Source of the DNA: Gemmatimonas sp. | Lineage (GTDB): Bacteria; Gemmatimonadota; Gemmatimonadetes; Gemmatimonadales; Gemmatimonadaceae | DNA: 64,000 nucleotides | Assembly: GCA_965279375.1 (NCBI GenBank) | Contig: OZ257156.1 | Span: 3,904,001 to 3,968,000 of the forward strand | Direction of reading: 5' to 3' | Shown here: positions 11,798 to 21,577 of the stretch, piece by piece | Layout: every line of letters starts with the position of its first letter | Position numbering within the stretch: the stretch's first letter is position 1 | Program-made: the position numbers and the translations under genes | Notes under the pieces: model-generated | Told to the model about the DNA's origin: nothing | What the model saw: only the letters and a program-made list of their open reading frames with translations | Databases searched by the model: none

Positions 11798-12913
11798 TCA
11801 ATCGAGGAACGTCGACGGCTCCACATACTCCAGACCGAACGAGTCCGCGACCCCGCGATAGGTCACCGCACCGCCCGACATGTTGAGCCCCTTGAGGAGC
11901 GCAGAGTTCTCACGCAGCGCGCGGGACCAGCCCTTGTTGGCCAGCAACAGGAGGTACGGCAGCGTCGCGTTCGTCAGCGCCAGCGTGGACGTCCGCGGCA
12001 CCGCTCCCGGCATGTTGGCCACGCCGTAGTGAATCACCCCGTCCACCACGTACGTGGGGTTCTCGTGGGTGGTCGGGCGAATCGTCTCCACGCAGCCACC
12101 CTGGTCCACCGCCACGTCCACGATCACAGATCCCGGACGCATCTTGGCCAGATCCTCGCGACGCACCAGCTTGGGGGCCTTGGCACCCGGAATCAGGACG
12201 CCGCCGATCAGCAGGTCGCAGGTGGAGATCTGCTCGAGGATGTTGTGCCGGTTGGAATGGATCAGCTGCACGTTGGCTGGCATCACATCCGACAGGTACC
12301 GCAGACGATCGAGGGAGAGATCGAGCAGCACGACCTTCGCGCCCAGCCCGGCCGCCATCTTGGCCGCGTTGATGCCCACCACTCCACCGCCCAGGATGAC
12401 CACCTTGGACGGCGGCACGCCCGGCACGCCACCCAGCAGCACGCCGCGCCCGCCGTAGAGCTTCTCGAGGTACTTGGCCCCTTCCTGCACCGCCATGCGC
12501 CCAGCCACCTCGGACATCGGCGTCAGAAGCGGCAAGTCACGATTGGGCAGCTCGACGGTTTCGTAGGCGATGCACGTCGCGCCGCTCGCCAGATGCGCAC
12601 GCGTGAGCTTCTCATCCGCGGCAAAGTGGAAGTACGTGAAGAGCGTCAGATCCGAGCGCAGGAAACCCCACTCCTTTTCGATCGGCTCCTTCACCTTCAC
12701 CAGCAAGTCGGCGTTGCCCCAGGCCGCGGCCGCATCGGCGACGATGTGTGCGCCCACCGCACGATACGCCTCGTCCTCGAAGCCGCTGCCGACACCAGCA
12801 CCCGTTTCGACAAACACTTCATGACCGCTGGCGACCAACGCCTCAGCGCCCGCAGGCACGAGCGCAATGCGATTCTCGTTGGTCTTGATCTCTTTCGGTA
12901 CGCCGATACGCAT
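11798..12913 (-). CDS. ald: Alanine dehydrogenase
   Basis: MRIGVPKEIKTNENR, VKVKEP, PMSEVAGR, DVAVDQGGC, VANMPGAVP. Confidence 0.97.
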   Translation of the reverse strand: MRIGVPKEIKTNENRIALVPAGAEALVASGHEVFVETGAGVGSGFEDEAYRAVGAHIVADAAAAWGNADLLVKVKEPIEKEWGFLRSDLTLFTYFHFAADEKLTRAHLASGATCIAYETVELPNRDLPLLTPMSEVAGRMAVQEGAKYLEKLYGGRGVLLGGVPGVPPSKVVILGGGVVGINAAKMAAGLGAKVVLLDLSLDRLRYLSDVMPANVQLIHSNRHNILEQISTCDLLIGGVLIPGAKAPKLVRREDLAKMRPGSVIVDVAVDQGGCVETIRPTTHENPTYVVDGVIHYGVANMPGAVPRTSTLALTNATLPYLLLLANKGWSRALRENSALLKGLNMSGGAVTYRGVADSFGLEYVEPSTFLD

Positions 12914-12966
12914 GAGCGCGATATCCCGTAGTTGTGTGTCGCGTGAAGTAACGAGTCAGCGGCCCG

Positions 12967-14232
12967 TCAGCTGACGGCCTTGGGACCAAGACTGACCAGA
13001 ATCTGCGAAGTGGGATCGAAATACTCGCGAGCGACGGCAAGCACCGTCTCCGCGTCGATGGCATCCACCAACGCCATCAGTTCATCAATCGTGCGATGTG
13101 GCTCACCATACAGCGCCGTCGTCGCCGCACGATACATACGCGAAGACACGCCTTCCATCGACAACACGAGCTGACCGCGCAACTGGCGCTTGCCTGCGGC
13201 CAACTCGTCTGCGGGCAACCCGGACTGCACGACCTCGTTAAGCACATCGCGCACGGCATCGACGGCCTTCTGCGCGGTCTCCGGCGCACTCGCGAGATAC
13301 ACGCCATGCACGCCAGCATCGGCAAACGAAGAGCTGAACGTGTACACACTGTACGCCAAGCCGAGCTCTTCGCGCACGCGCTGAAACAAGCGCGAACTCA
13401 TCCCCCCGCCGAGCAGCATGCCCAACAACGCGAACGCATAGCGACGTGGATCACTGTGCGCGATCGCTCGACCGCCCAATACCACGTGCGTCTGCGCGAT
13501 GTCTGCTCGCTCGACGTGCACGGCGTGCGCCGGCGCAGCAACTGCGGGCGGCACCACGAATGGTGTGATATCGCCGCGCGCGCGCTTCATCCATCCCGTG
13601 CGCTCCATCGTTTCGAGCAGCTGGTCGTGATCCACACGACCCGACGCGGCCACGACCAATCGGCCCGGATGATACGCGCGCTCGTGCAGTGCCTTCAGAT
13701 GCGACACTTGCAGGCTCTTCACCGTCTCGCGCGTGCCGAGAATCGGGAAGCCGTGCGAGTGTGCGCCCCACAGCGCACGATTGTGCACGTCGAAGATCAC
13801 ATCGTCGGGGGTATCGTCGACCATGCTGATCTCTTCGAGAATCACTTTGCGCTCGAGCTTGAGATCAGCTGTACGCAGCGATGGCTCGAAGATCAGATCA
13901 CCGATGACCGCGGTCGCGTCGGCGAGATGCTCATCGAGCACGCGCGCCTGATACGATGTGTGCTCGCGCTCCGTGTACGCGTCGAGCGATCCGCCCAGTG
14001 TTTCGAGCGACAGCGCGATCTGCTGCGCACTGCGCTGCGCCGTTCCCTTGAACACCATGTGCTCGAGGAAGTGGGACACCCCCATCTCCTCGGCGCGTTC
14101 GTGCAGCGTCGCGGCGCGCACCCACGCCCCGAAAGCAACTGACCGTGCTCCCGGAACTGCTTCCGAGAGCACGGTCAGGCCATTCGCGAGATCCGTGCGG
14201 TGCAGGCCGGGCGCCGCCTCAGCGACGGCCAC
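12967..14232 (-). CDS. M16 family zinc peptidase
   Basis: Inverted zincin HFLEH, LGGGMSSRLFQRVRE..GLAY; usual position downstream of pnp. Confidence 0.92.
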   Translation of the reverse strand: MAVAEAAPGLHRTDLANGLTVLSEAVPGARSVAFGAWVRAATLHERAEEMGVSHFLEHMVFKGTAQRSAQQIALSLETLGGSLDAYTEREHTSYQARVLDEHLADATAVIGDLIFEPSLRTADLKLERKVILEEISMVDDTPDDVIFDVHNRALWGAHSHGFPILGTRETVKSLQVSHLKALHERAYHPGRLVVAASGRVDHDQLLETMERTGWMKRARGDITPFVVPPAVAAPAHAVHVERADIAQTHVVLGGRAIAHSDPRRYAFALLGMLLGGGMSSRLFQRVREELGLAYSVYTFSSSFADAGVHGVYLASAPETAQKAVDAVRDVLNEVVQSGLPADELAAGKRQLRGQLVLSMEGVSSRMYRAATTALYGEPHRTIDELMALVDAIDAETVLAVAREYFDPTSQILVSLGPKAVS

Positions 14233-16396
14233 GTCCACGATCACCGCCGCCACCACCACCACCTTCACGGCGCGGCGGACGCTCACTCTGCGGCGCCTCT
14301 TCCGGCATGCCCTCGGGGCGCGGAAGCAGAGCCTTCATCGAGAGACGCAAGCGACCACGCTCATCACGATCCACCAACTTCACCGTGACGCGATCACCCT
14401 TCTTCACGACATCTTCCGGCTTCTCGACGCGCTCGTGGCGCATCTCGGAGACGTGCAGCAACGCTTCCGTACCCGGCATGATCTCGATGAACGCACCGAA
14501 CGCGGTGACGGTCTTGACGATGCCTTCGTACGTCTCGCCGACAACCGCTTCGGCGGTGATGGCCATGACCATCTGCTTCGCGCGCTCCATCGACTCGCCG
14601 CCAACGGCCGCGATCGTGACGGTACCGTCGTCCTCGACCGAGAGTTCGGCGCCCGTCTCTTCCTGGATGCCGCGGATGTTCTTGCCCTTCGGTCCGATGA
14701 GTTCGCCGATCTTGTCGACCGGGATCTGCACGGTGACGATGCGCGGCGCGTACTTGGACAGATCGCCACGCGGTGTCGCAAGCGCCTTGTCCATCTCGGC
14801 GAGGATGTGCAGGCGGCCTTCCTTGGCCTGCGCGAGCGCCTCTTCCATGATCTTGAGATCAAGACCTTCGATCTTGATGTCCATCTGGATGGACGTGATG
14901 CCGTCCTTCGTGCCTGCGACCTTGAAGTCCATGTCGCCGAGATGGTCTTCGGTGCCAAGGATGTCGGTGAGGATCGCGTACTTCTTGCCTTCTTTGATGA
15001 GCCCCATCGCCACACCGGCGACGGCCGCCTTCATCGGCACGCCGGCATCGAACAGCGACAGCGAACCGCCGCAAACCGACGCCATCGACGAGGAGCCGTT
15101 GGACTCGAGCACTTCGGACACGATGCGAATCGTGTACGGGAAGTCCGCGAAGTCGGGAAGCACGCCTTGCAGCGCGCGCTCGGCCAGGTTGCCGTGGCCG
15201 ATTTCACGACGGCTGGTGCCGCGCATCGGGCGCACTTCGCCGGTGGAGAACGGCGGGAAGTTGTAGTGCAGCATGAAGGAGCGCGTCACCTCGCCCGCTT
15301 CCTTGATCGAGTCGAGACGCTGCGCGTCCTTCGCCGTACCAAGCGTTGCGGCGACGAGCGCCTGCGTCTGTCCGCGCGTGAAGAGCGCCGAACCATGCGC
15401 TCGCGGCAGCAGCGTCGTGTCGATCGAGATGCCGCGCACTTCGTTGGGCTTGCGACCATCGACGCGAAGGCCCGTGTTGAGCACCTGCGCACGCAGCTCG
15501 TTGTATTCGACGTCGCCCAACACCGCGCTGATGTCCTTCGCGTTGTCCGGGAATTCGACGGCGAGCGCCGCAGCGGCTTCGTGCTTGGCCTTTTCGATGG
15601 CCTGCACGCGCGTCTGCTTGTCGGCCTGATTGAGCGCGGTCTGGATGGGCTTCGTGGAGACTTCCTTCGTGCGCGCGATAACCGCTTCGGCGGGCTCGGA
15701 CTTCTTCCACTCCATCTTCGGCTGCTGCACCTTGGCGAGCAGCTCATTCTGCATGTCGATCAGCTCGCGGATGCCATCATGCGAGATCTTGAGCGACTCG
15801 AGCACGTCTTCTTCGGTGACTTCGAGCGCGCCGCCTTCGACCATGACGATCGAGTCCTTGCTGCCGGCGACGATCAGCTCCATGTCGGAGAAGGCGAGCT
15901 GCTGGAACGTGGGGTTGAGCACCCAGTGTCCCTGCACGCGGCCCACGCGCACGCCGCCGATCGGTCCCATGAACGGGATCTTCGACGCGTTCAGCGCGAA
16001 CGACGTGGCGAGCAACGCCAACACGTCAGCGTCGTTCTCCTGGTCGGCGGAGATGACGTAGACGAACACCTGCACTTCGTTCTTGAAGCCTTCCGGGAAG
16101 AGCGGACGGATCGAGCGATCGATGATGCGGCACGCGAGGATCTCATGATCGTGCGGGCGTCCTTCACGCTTGATGAATCCACCAGGGATCTTGCCCGCGG
16201 CGTAGGACTTTTCCTTGTACTCGACCGTGAGCGGGAAGAACGGGAGCGGGCTCTGGTTGTCGCTGACCGTCACGGCCGCGAGCACCATGGTCTCACCGAA
16301 CTGCACGAGGGCGGAACCGGCGGCCTGCTTGGCCATGCGTCCGGTTTCGATGCTGAGCTGGCGCCCAGCGAACGTTCTTTCAATCTTCTGCATCAT
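14219..16396 (-). CDS. pnp: Polyribonucleotide nucleotidyltransferase
   Basis: GKIPGGFIKREG, RREIGHG, ESNGSSS, GDMDFKVAG, KH and S1 domains, Gly/Arg-rich tail. Confidence 0.98.
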   Translation of the reverse strand: MMQKIERTFAGRQLSIETGRMAKQAAGSALVQFGETMVLAAVTVSDNQSPLPFFPLTVEYKEKSYAAGKIPGGFIKREGRPHDHEILACRIIDRSIRPLFPEGFKNEVQVFVYVISADQENDADVLALLATSFALNASKIPFMGPIGGVRVGRVQGHWVLNPTFQQLAFSDMELIVAGSKDSIVMVEGGALEVTEEDVLESLKISHDGIRELIDMQNELLAKVQQPKMEWKKSEPAEAVIARTKEVSTKPIQTALNQADKQTRVQAIEKAKHEAAAALAVEFPDNAKDISAVLGDVEYNELRAQVLNTGLRVDGRKPNEVRGISIDTTLLPRAHGSALFTRGQTQALVAATLGTAKDAQRLDSIKEAGEVTRSFMLHYNFPPFSTGEVRPMRGTSRREIGHGNLAERALQGVLPDFADFPYTIRIVSEVLESNGSSSMASVCGGSLSLFDAGVPMKAAVAGVAMGLIKEGKKYAILTDILGTEDHLGDMDFKVAGTKDGITSIQMDIKIEGLDLKIMEEALAQAKEGRLHILAEMDKALATPRGDLSKYAPRIVTVQIPVDKIGELIGPKGKNIRGIQEETGAELSVEDDGTVTIAAVGGESMERAKQMVMAITAEAVVGETYEGIVKTVTAFGAFIEIMPGTEALLHVSEMRHERVEKPEDVVKKGDRVTVKLVDRDERGRLRLSMKALLPRPEGMPEEAPQSERPPRREGGGGGGGDRGRGRR

Positions 16397-16424
16397 CAGC
16401 TTTGTAACCTCACGAGAACGCAAA

Positions 16425-16455
16425 TCGCGCGGGTAGCATTTCTGCCCCCGCGCGA
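16425..16455 (-). terminator. Hairpin between rpsO and pnp (terminator or processing site)
   Basis: Minus strand TCGCGCGGG-GGCA-GAAA-TGCTA-CCCGCGCGA followed by TTTGCGTT. Confidence 0.5.
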
Positions 16456-16474
16456 CGAAATGGCGTGGTCCGGC

Positions 16475-16735
16475 TTAGTACCGGAGTCCAAGATCTTGAA
16501 CGAGCGCGCGGAACTCCAAAACGTTCGTGTTCTGCAGGTACTTGAGGAGCCGCTTGCGCTTGCCCACCATCTTGAGGAGCCCGCGCCGACCGTGATGGTC
16601 CTTGGCGTGGGTACGAAAGTGCCCCGTCAGGTAGTTGATCCGATCCGTGAGGATCGCGATCTGTACGCGGGTCGAGCCGGTGTCCCCTTCGTGGGCCCGG
16701 TACTTGTCGATCGTGAGTGCCTTATCGAACGCCAT
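16475..16735 (-). CDS. rpsO: 30S ribosomal protein S15
   Basis: [28 protein letters not shown]. Confidence 0.98.
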   Translation of the reverse strand: MAFDKALTIDKYRAHEGDTGSTRVQIAILTDRINYLTGHFRTHAKDHHGRRGLLKMVGKRKRLLKYLQNTNVLEFRALVQDLGLRY

Positions 16736-16818
16736 CGTCGTAATATTCTCCGCGCATGCTTATGCGCGTTGCGCAAGTAGATGCGCAAAGGTTCGCGCGC
16801 AATCGTAGGAAGCATGGG

Positions 16819-16847
16819 AGTTTACACGCGCCCACCCCTCCTGTAAA
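16819..16847 (-). promoter_or_regulatory. Putative sigma70 promoter of rpsO-pnp
   Basis: Minus strand TTTACA-N17-TAAACT. Confidence 0.6.
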
Positions 16848-16857
16848 GGACCGAAGC

Positions 16858-18693
16858 ATGCCCGACCGCTACCTCGGCCGGCACATCGGGAAGTATCGCG
16901 TCATCCGCCTCCTTGGAGGCGGCGCGTTCGCGTGGGTGTACGAGGCGATCGATCAGGATCTCGAAATCCCGGTCGCGCTTAAGATTCTCCGCCCGGAATT
17001 CTCCGGGGACACCACCGCAGAGGCTCGCTTCCGTCGAGAAGCCTCCACCGCGGCCAAGCTCAGACACCGCAACATCGTCGTCGTACGAGACGTCGGGCAG
17101 ATCGACGGCGCCTCCTTCGTGGCGATGGACCTCCTCTCGGGCTCGGTGGGGCAGCGTCTCCGCAACGCCCGCTCCCTCCCGGAAGAGGACGTCGTTCGCC
17201 TCGGCATCGACGTCGCCGCGGCCCTGGGCGTCGCGCACGCGGCGGGCATCATCCACCGCGACATCAAGCCCGACAACCTCCTCATCGGCTCCGCAGGTGA
17301 AGCGGTCGTCGCCGATTTCGGTCTTGCCCGGGCGCTTGCCCAGGAGGCGGGGCTGAGCGCCACGAACCAGGTGATGGGGACCCCGCACTATTTCAGCCCC
17401 GAGCAGGCGCGCGGCCTGGAGCTCGACGGGCGCAGCGACCTCTACTCGCTCGGCGTCACCCTCTTTCGCTGCGCGACGGGTGTCCTACCCTTTGACGGCG
17501 ACGACTGGTACGCGGTCGGCCGTCAGCACATCGACGCACCCGTGCCGTCGGCCCGTACGATCGTGCCGACGCTCTCCGCGCCCTTCGACCAGCTGCTCTC
17601 GCGGCTGCTCGCCAAGCAGCCGGCCGATCGCTATCCGACGGCGGAGGCGTTGGGCGAGGCACTTCGTGCGCTCGGCAGCGCATCCCCCGATCGGGAACCG
17701 ACGCCACTCGCCGATACGGAGTCAACCGGCGGACCATTCCTCCCCCTCCCAGCGGGAGCGCCGGGTCACGTCGCCGTCAGCAAGTGGCTCGAGGGCAGCA
17801 CCGCGCCCGGTGGCGACGCCCTCGCAGCGATCTCCGCGCGCCGGCTCAGCCCAGCGACCACGGTCGGCATCGCCGCACTGTTGCTCGTCGGAGCCATCGG
17901 ACTACTCCGCGTCACCAACCCCGGGAGCCTGCCGCCGATTCTCGGAGGCACCAGTGGCAGCGCCGCACCGAGGGTGGATCCGCAAGCGCAAGCGCTGGCC
18001 CAGGCGCACATTCGCGACTCCCTCGCCAGCGACTCCGCGCAGCGCGACGTCCTCCAGGATTCGCTGTTCGACCTCGCCCTCGATTCGGCAGCTGCGACAC
18101 CGGGCTTGGCACCAGCACCAAAGCCCGTCGCCGGCGTCGCGCCGGCCGCTCCCGCAACCGGTGGCTCTCCGTCGCGAACTCCTTCCACCACGCCGTCGAA
18201 CATCGCACTGCTCGCATCACGCGCGCACGTCGTGATCAATACGGCGGATCGTGCGACGCTTTACGTGGACGGTCAGCGCGTGGGGCAAGGCAGTTGGAGC
18301 GGCGACCGACCGGCAGGAAAGACGGTCGATGTCCGCGCCGCGCTCGATGACGCGCCCGTGGACTGCGAGACCGCGCAGCGCGACAGTACGCTTCGGCTCA
18401 AGGCGGGCACGCGCACCACGGTGAGCCTGCCCGTACGCGGTTGCGTGGTGCTCAAGGTGGACGTCGACGCGGCGCAGAGCGATGCGCGACTGGTCTTCAC
18501 ACCGACGGATGGCGGAATCACGTTGCGTGTGCGTGCGGACAGTGCTTCCGGACGACTGCTGGTCCGCGGGAAATACGCGCTGGTCGCTTCGCTGGCGCGC
18601 TGCTACGAGTACCGCGACACGGTCACGGCGCGCGCCATGTCCCCCGACACCATGTTCCTTCGCTTCCGCATGGACTGCCGCGCAGGAATCTGA
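16858..18693 (+). CDS. Hanks-type Ser/Thr protein kinase with TM helix and extracytoplasmic PEGA-like region
   Basis: LGGGAFAWVY, VALKIL, HRDIKPDN, DFGLA, GTPHYFSPEQ; TM VGIAALLLVGAIGLL; AAGGA upstream of ATG. Confidence 0.93.
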   Translation: MPDRYLGRHIGKYRVIRLLGGGAFAWVYEAIDQDLEIPVALKILRPEFSGDTTAEARFRREASTAAKLRHRNIVVVRDVGQIDGASFVAMDLLSGSVGQRLRNARSLPEEDVVRLGIDVAAALGVAHAAGIIHRDIKPDNLLIGSAGEAVVADFGLARALAQEAGLSATNQVMGTPHYFSPEQARGLELDGRSDLYSLGVTLFRCATGVLPFDGDDWYAVGRQHIDAPVPSARTIVPTLSAPFDQLLSRLLAKQPADRYPTAEALGEALRALGSASPDREPTPLADTESTGGPFLPLPAGAPGHVAVSKWLEGSTAPGGDALAAISARRLSPATTVGIAALLLVGAIGLLRVTNPGSLPPILGGTSGSAAPRVDPQAQALAQAHIRDSLASDSAQRDVLQDSLFDLALDSAAATPGLAPAPKPVAGVAPAAPATGGSPSRTPSTTPSNIALLASRAHVVINTADRATLYVDGQRVGQGSWSGDRPAGKTVDVRAALDDAPVDCETAQRDSTLRLKAGTRTTVSLPVRGCVVLKVDVDAAQSDARLVFTPTDGGITLRVRADSASGRLLVRGKYALVASLARCYEYRDTVTARAMSPDTMFLRFRMDCRAGI

Positions 18694-18741
18694 CAGCCGC
18701 GACTACGTAGCCAGCGCTCGCATCGCAGGCGAGCGCGCCAG

Positions 18742-19167
18742 TTAGCGAGTCAGACCGGTCGCGGCCGCACCGACGGCGCCACCCGCCGCAGCACCCCACC
18801 AGAACGTTCGCGCCCGCCACCACGGTGCGACGTCGCGCGCGATGAGCAGGACATGCGATGTATTCACGCGTGCGACCTGCGACGTAACCAACGCCGTGAC
18901 CGACTCGCCCTCGGCCGACAGCACACGCATGCGCGCGACGATCGCATCGCGACGCATCGGATCGACGGCGTAGACCGCCATGCCGGGTCGCACCCAGCGC
19001 GACTCCTTCGGGCGGAAGCGCGCGGTGCTGTCGTCGACGGCATCGATCTCGAAGCGCGCAGCATCACGGGGAATCGACTGCGCGGATGGTGACGTTGCGG
19101 TTGCGCTCCCCGACTTGCACGCGGAGAACACGAGAGCGGCCATCGCTACGACATGTCGAGTACCCAT
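18742..19167 (-). CDS. Hypothetical lipoprotein with C-terminal membrane helix
   Basis: Lipobox-like FSAC after a hydrophobic leader; C-terminal WW..FWWGAAAGGAVG; directly after rseP. Confidence 0.65.
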   Translation of the reverse strand: MGTRHVVAMAALVFSACKSGSATATSPSAQSIPRDAARFEIDAVDDSTARFRPKESRWVRPGMAVYAVDPMRRDAIVARMRVLSAEGESVTALVTSQVARVNTSHVLLIARDVAPWWRARTFWWGAAAGGAVGAAATGLTR

Positions 19168-19184
19168 CTTTGCTCCGAAGCGGT

Positions 19185-20381
19185 TCACTTGGTGAATAGC
19201 ACCGAGCGTAGATCGTTGAACGTGACGAGCACGATCAGTGCAAGCACCGCGAGCACGCCCACGCGCGCGAAGGCTTCGCGGGTGCGCCCGCTGAATGCAC
19301 TCCCCTTCACCGCTTCGGCGAGCACCATCAGGATCTGACCGCCGTCGAGCACAGGGATCGGCACGAGGTTGATGATGGCGATGTTCAGGCTCAGGAAAGC
19401 GATCAGCGACCACAGTGTTTCCGCGCCGTCGCGCGCCGCCTGCACGGACGTTCGCGCGATGGCAATCGGGCCGCCCAAGTTCTTGGCGGACACCTTGCCT
19501 GAGAACAACCCGGTGAGCACGTCCACCACGCTCGTGGCCATGCCCCATGTGACCTTGCCGCCGGACTGCACCGCCTGCACCACGCTGATGTCTTCGTGCG
19601 CGACCGTGTCGCGCACCATGATCCCGACGCGACCGACCTTTCGCTTGCCACCGGTTGCCGGATCATCCACTTCCGCGACGTTGGGCGTCAGCGTCTTCGA
19701 GAGACGGGCTCCACCGCGTTCAACCTCGATGGCGACGGATCCGGAGGTCACCGGCGAAACGCGATCGAGGACTTCTCCCCACTCCTTCACCGGAGCGCCG
19801 TTGATCGCGACGATACGGTCGCCGCGCGCCAATCCCGCCAGCGCTGCCGGTGCGCCAGCCACGACTGAATCGATGATCGCCGGGCGGTAAGGGTTGCCGT
19901 ACGTGTAGAACACGCCACTCGACACGCCGACGGTGAGCAGGATGTTCATGAGCACACCAGCCGACATGATGAACACCCGTGCGGGCACGGACTTGCTCTC
20001 CACCCAGCGGTCGGACGGCACGGCCTTGGGTCCAAACGGCGCGAGCCCATTCGGATCCCAGAGCCCCTCGGGTACATCATCCGGACGCTCCACCGGCGGA
20101 TCAAACGATCCACGATCGGCGCCACCCTCGATGCCCGCCATGGAATCGTCTTCCTTCGTGGCCATGCGGACGTATCCGCCGAGCGGAATCATCGAGACGC
20201 GGTAGTCCGTCTCGCCACGGCGCCAGCCAAAGAGCCGACGTCCCCAGCCCAGAGAGAACACGGGCGCGTATACACCCACAGCCTTGGCCGCGAGGAAGTG
20301 CCCGAGCTCATGGACGAAGACCACCAGTCCGAACACGAGCAGCGGTGCGACGTACGGCGAAAAATTCGAGAGGAGACTCAC
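19185..20381 (-). CDS. rseP: Site-2 metalloprotease RseP
   Basis: HELGH, PDZ domain, NLVPIPVLDGG. Confidence 0.95.
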   Translation of the reverse strand: MSLLSNFSPYVAPLLVFGLVVFVHELGHFLAAKAVGVYAPVFSLGWGRRLFGWRRGETDYRVSMIPLGGYVRMATKEDDSMAGIEGGADRGSFDPPVERPDDVPEGLWDPNGLAPFGPKAVPSDRWVESKSVPARVFIMSAGVLMNILLTVGVSSGVFYTYGNPYRPAIIDSVVAGAPAALAGLARGDRIVAINGAPVKEWGEVLDRVSPVTSGSVAIEVERGGARLSKTLTPNVAEVDDPATGGKRKVGRVGIMVRDTVAHEDISVVQAVQSGGKVTWGMATSVVDVLTGLFSGKVSAKNLGGPIAIARTSVQAARDGAETLWSLIAFLSLNIAIINLVPIPVLDGGQILMVLAEAVKGSAFSGRTREAFARVGVLAVLALIVLVTFNDLRSVLFTK

Positions 20382-21577
20382 AGACTCACCTGAGCATTGA
20401 CGTGACGACGCGCGGCGGCGTCGGCGGCCAGCAGCGCCTCGAGTGAGGCCCCCGGCATGTCGACCAGCGCCTCGAGCGCACCCGCGACCAGCGTTGGGAT
20501 CTCGCCAAAGCGAATCCGACCCGCAAGAAAGTGCGCCACGGCCACTTCGTTCGCTGCGTTGAACACCGCAGGCGCCGACCCACCGTCACGGCCAGCCTGA
20601 ATGCCCAGCGGCAACATCGGGAAGTCGTCCACGCGCACCGGCTCGAACGTCAGACTGCCTGCGGCGATCGGATCGAACGATGATAAACCCGTATCGTGAA
20701 CGCGTTCCGGCCAACTCAACGCGTAGAGGATTGGGAGCTCCATCGACGGCATGCCCATCTGCGCGAGCACACTGCCGTCGATGAACTCCACAAACGAGTG
20801 GATGATGCTTTGCGGATGAACGACCACCTGAATGCGATCGTAAGGCACGCCAAACAGGTGATGCGCCTCGATCACCTCGAGTGCCTTGTTGGCGAGCGTC
20901 GCGCTGTCGATCGTGATCTTGCTCCCCATCTGCCACGTCGGATGCTTGAGCGCGTCGGCAACGGTGGCGGTGGCAATACGCTCGGACGGCCAGGTGCGGA
21001 ACGGCCCACCGGACGCTGTGAGCACCAGCCGGCGCACCTCATGCGGCTGACGGCCCGCGAGGCACTGGAGGATCGCGGAATGCTCGCTATCCACCGGGAC
21101 GAGTTCGCCACCGTGCCTCTTCGCCGTGTGGGTGACGATATCCCCCGCGACGACCAGCGTCTCCTTGTTGGCCAGTGCCACGCGCTTGCCGGCGCGCAGT
21201 GCTGCCATCGTGGCGGGAAGCCCCGCAGCGCCAACGACAGCATTGATCACGACGCGAACGTCCTCGTGCGTGGCCGCCTGGACCAGCGCCTCGGCGCCCT
21301 GCGCCCAATCGTGCCCCTCCGGAACGCTACCGCTCACCAGCCCCGTGAATGACGGCCGCCAGCGGTTCACTTGCTTCAGCAAAGCGTCTGCGTTGGCGTT
21401 GGCCGTCAGCGCGACCGGCTTGAAGCGCCGTACCTGCCGCTCGAGGACGCGCAGTGCGCTTGTGCCAATGGATCCCGTGGAGCCCAAAATCGCGACGCCG
21501 ATCGGCTCAGTCGGCTCGGCATACTCGGGATAGCGGATCGAGGCCCGAGGAATGGATTCGTCTGCCTCTTCGCTCAT
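20378..21577 (-). CDS. dxr: 1-deoxy-D-xylulose 5-phosphate reductoisomerase
   Basis: LGSTGSIG, LANKE, PVDSEH, HPTWQMGSKITIDSA, NAANE. Confidence 0.98.
   Translation of the reverse strand: MSEEADESIPRASIRYPEYAEPTEPIGVAILGSTGSIGTSALRVLERQVRRFKPVALTANANADALLKQVNRWRPSFTGLVSGSVPEGHDWAQGAEALVQAATHEDVRVVINAVVGAAGLPATMAALRAGKRVALANKETLVVAGDIVTHTAKRHGGELVPVDSEHSAILQCLAGRQPHEVRRLVLTASGGPFRTWPSERIATATVADALKHPTWQMGSKITIDSATLANKALEVIEAHHLFGVPYDRIQVVVHPQSIIHSFVEFIDGSVLAQMGMPSMELPILYALSWPERVHDTGLSSFDPIAAGSLTFEPVRVDDFPMLPLGIQAGRDGGSAPAVFNAANEVAVAHFLAGRIRFGEIPTLVAGALEALVDMPGASLEALLAADAAARRHVNAQVSL

Noticed and set aside
13958..16780. 940-aa plus-strand ORF and similar long ORFs (718-2322, 35844-37163, 53674-55560)
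   Set aside because: They are antisense shadows of pnp, proS, rpsA and pcs caused by high-GC codon bias, with no recognisable motifs
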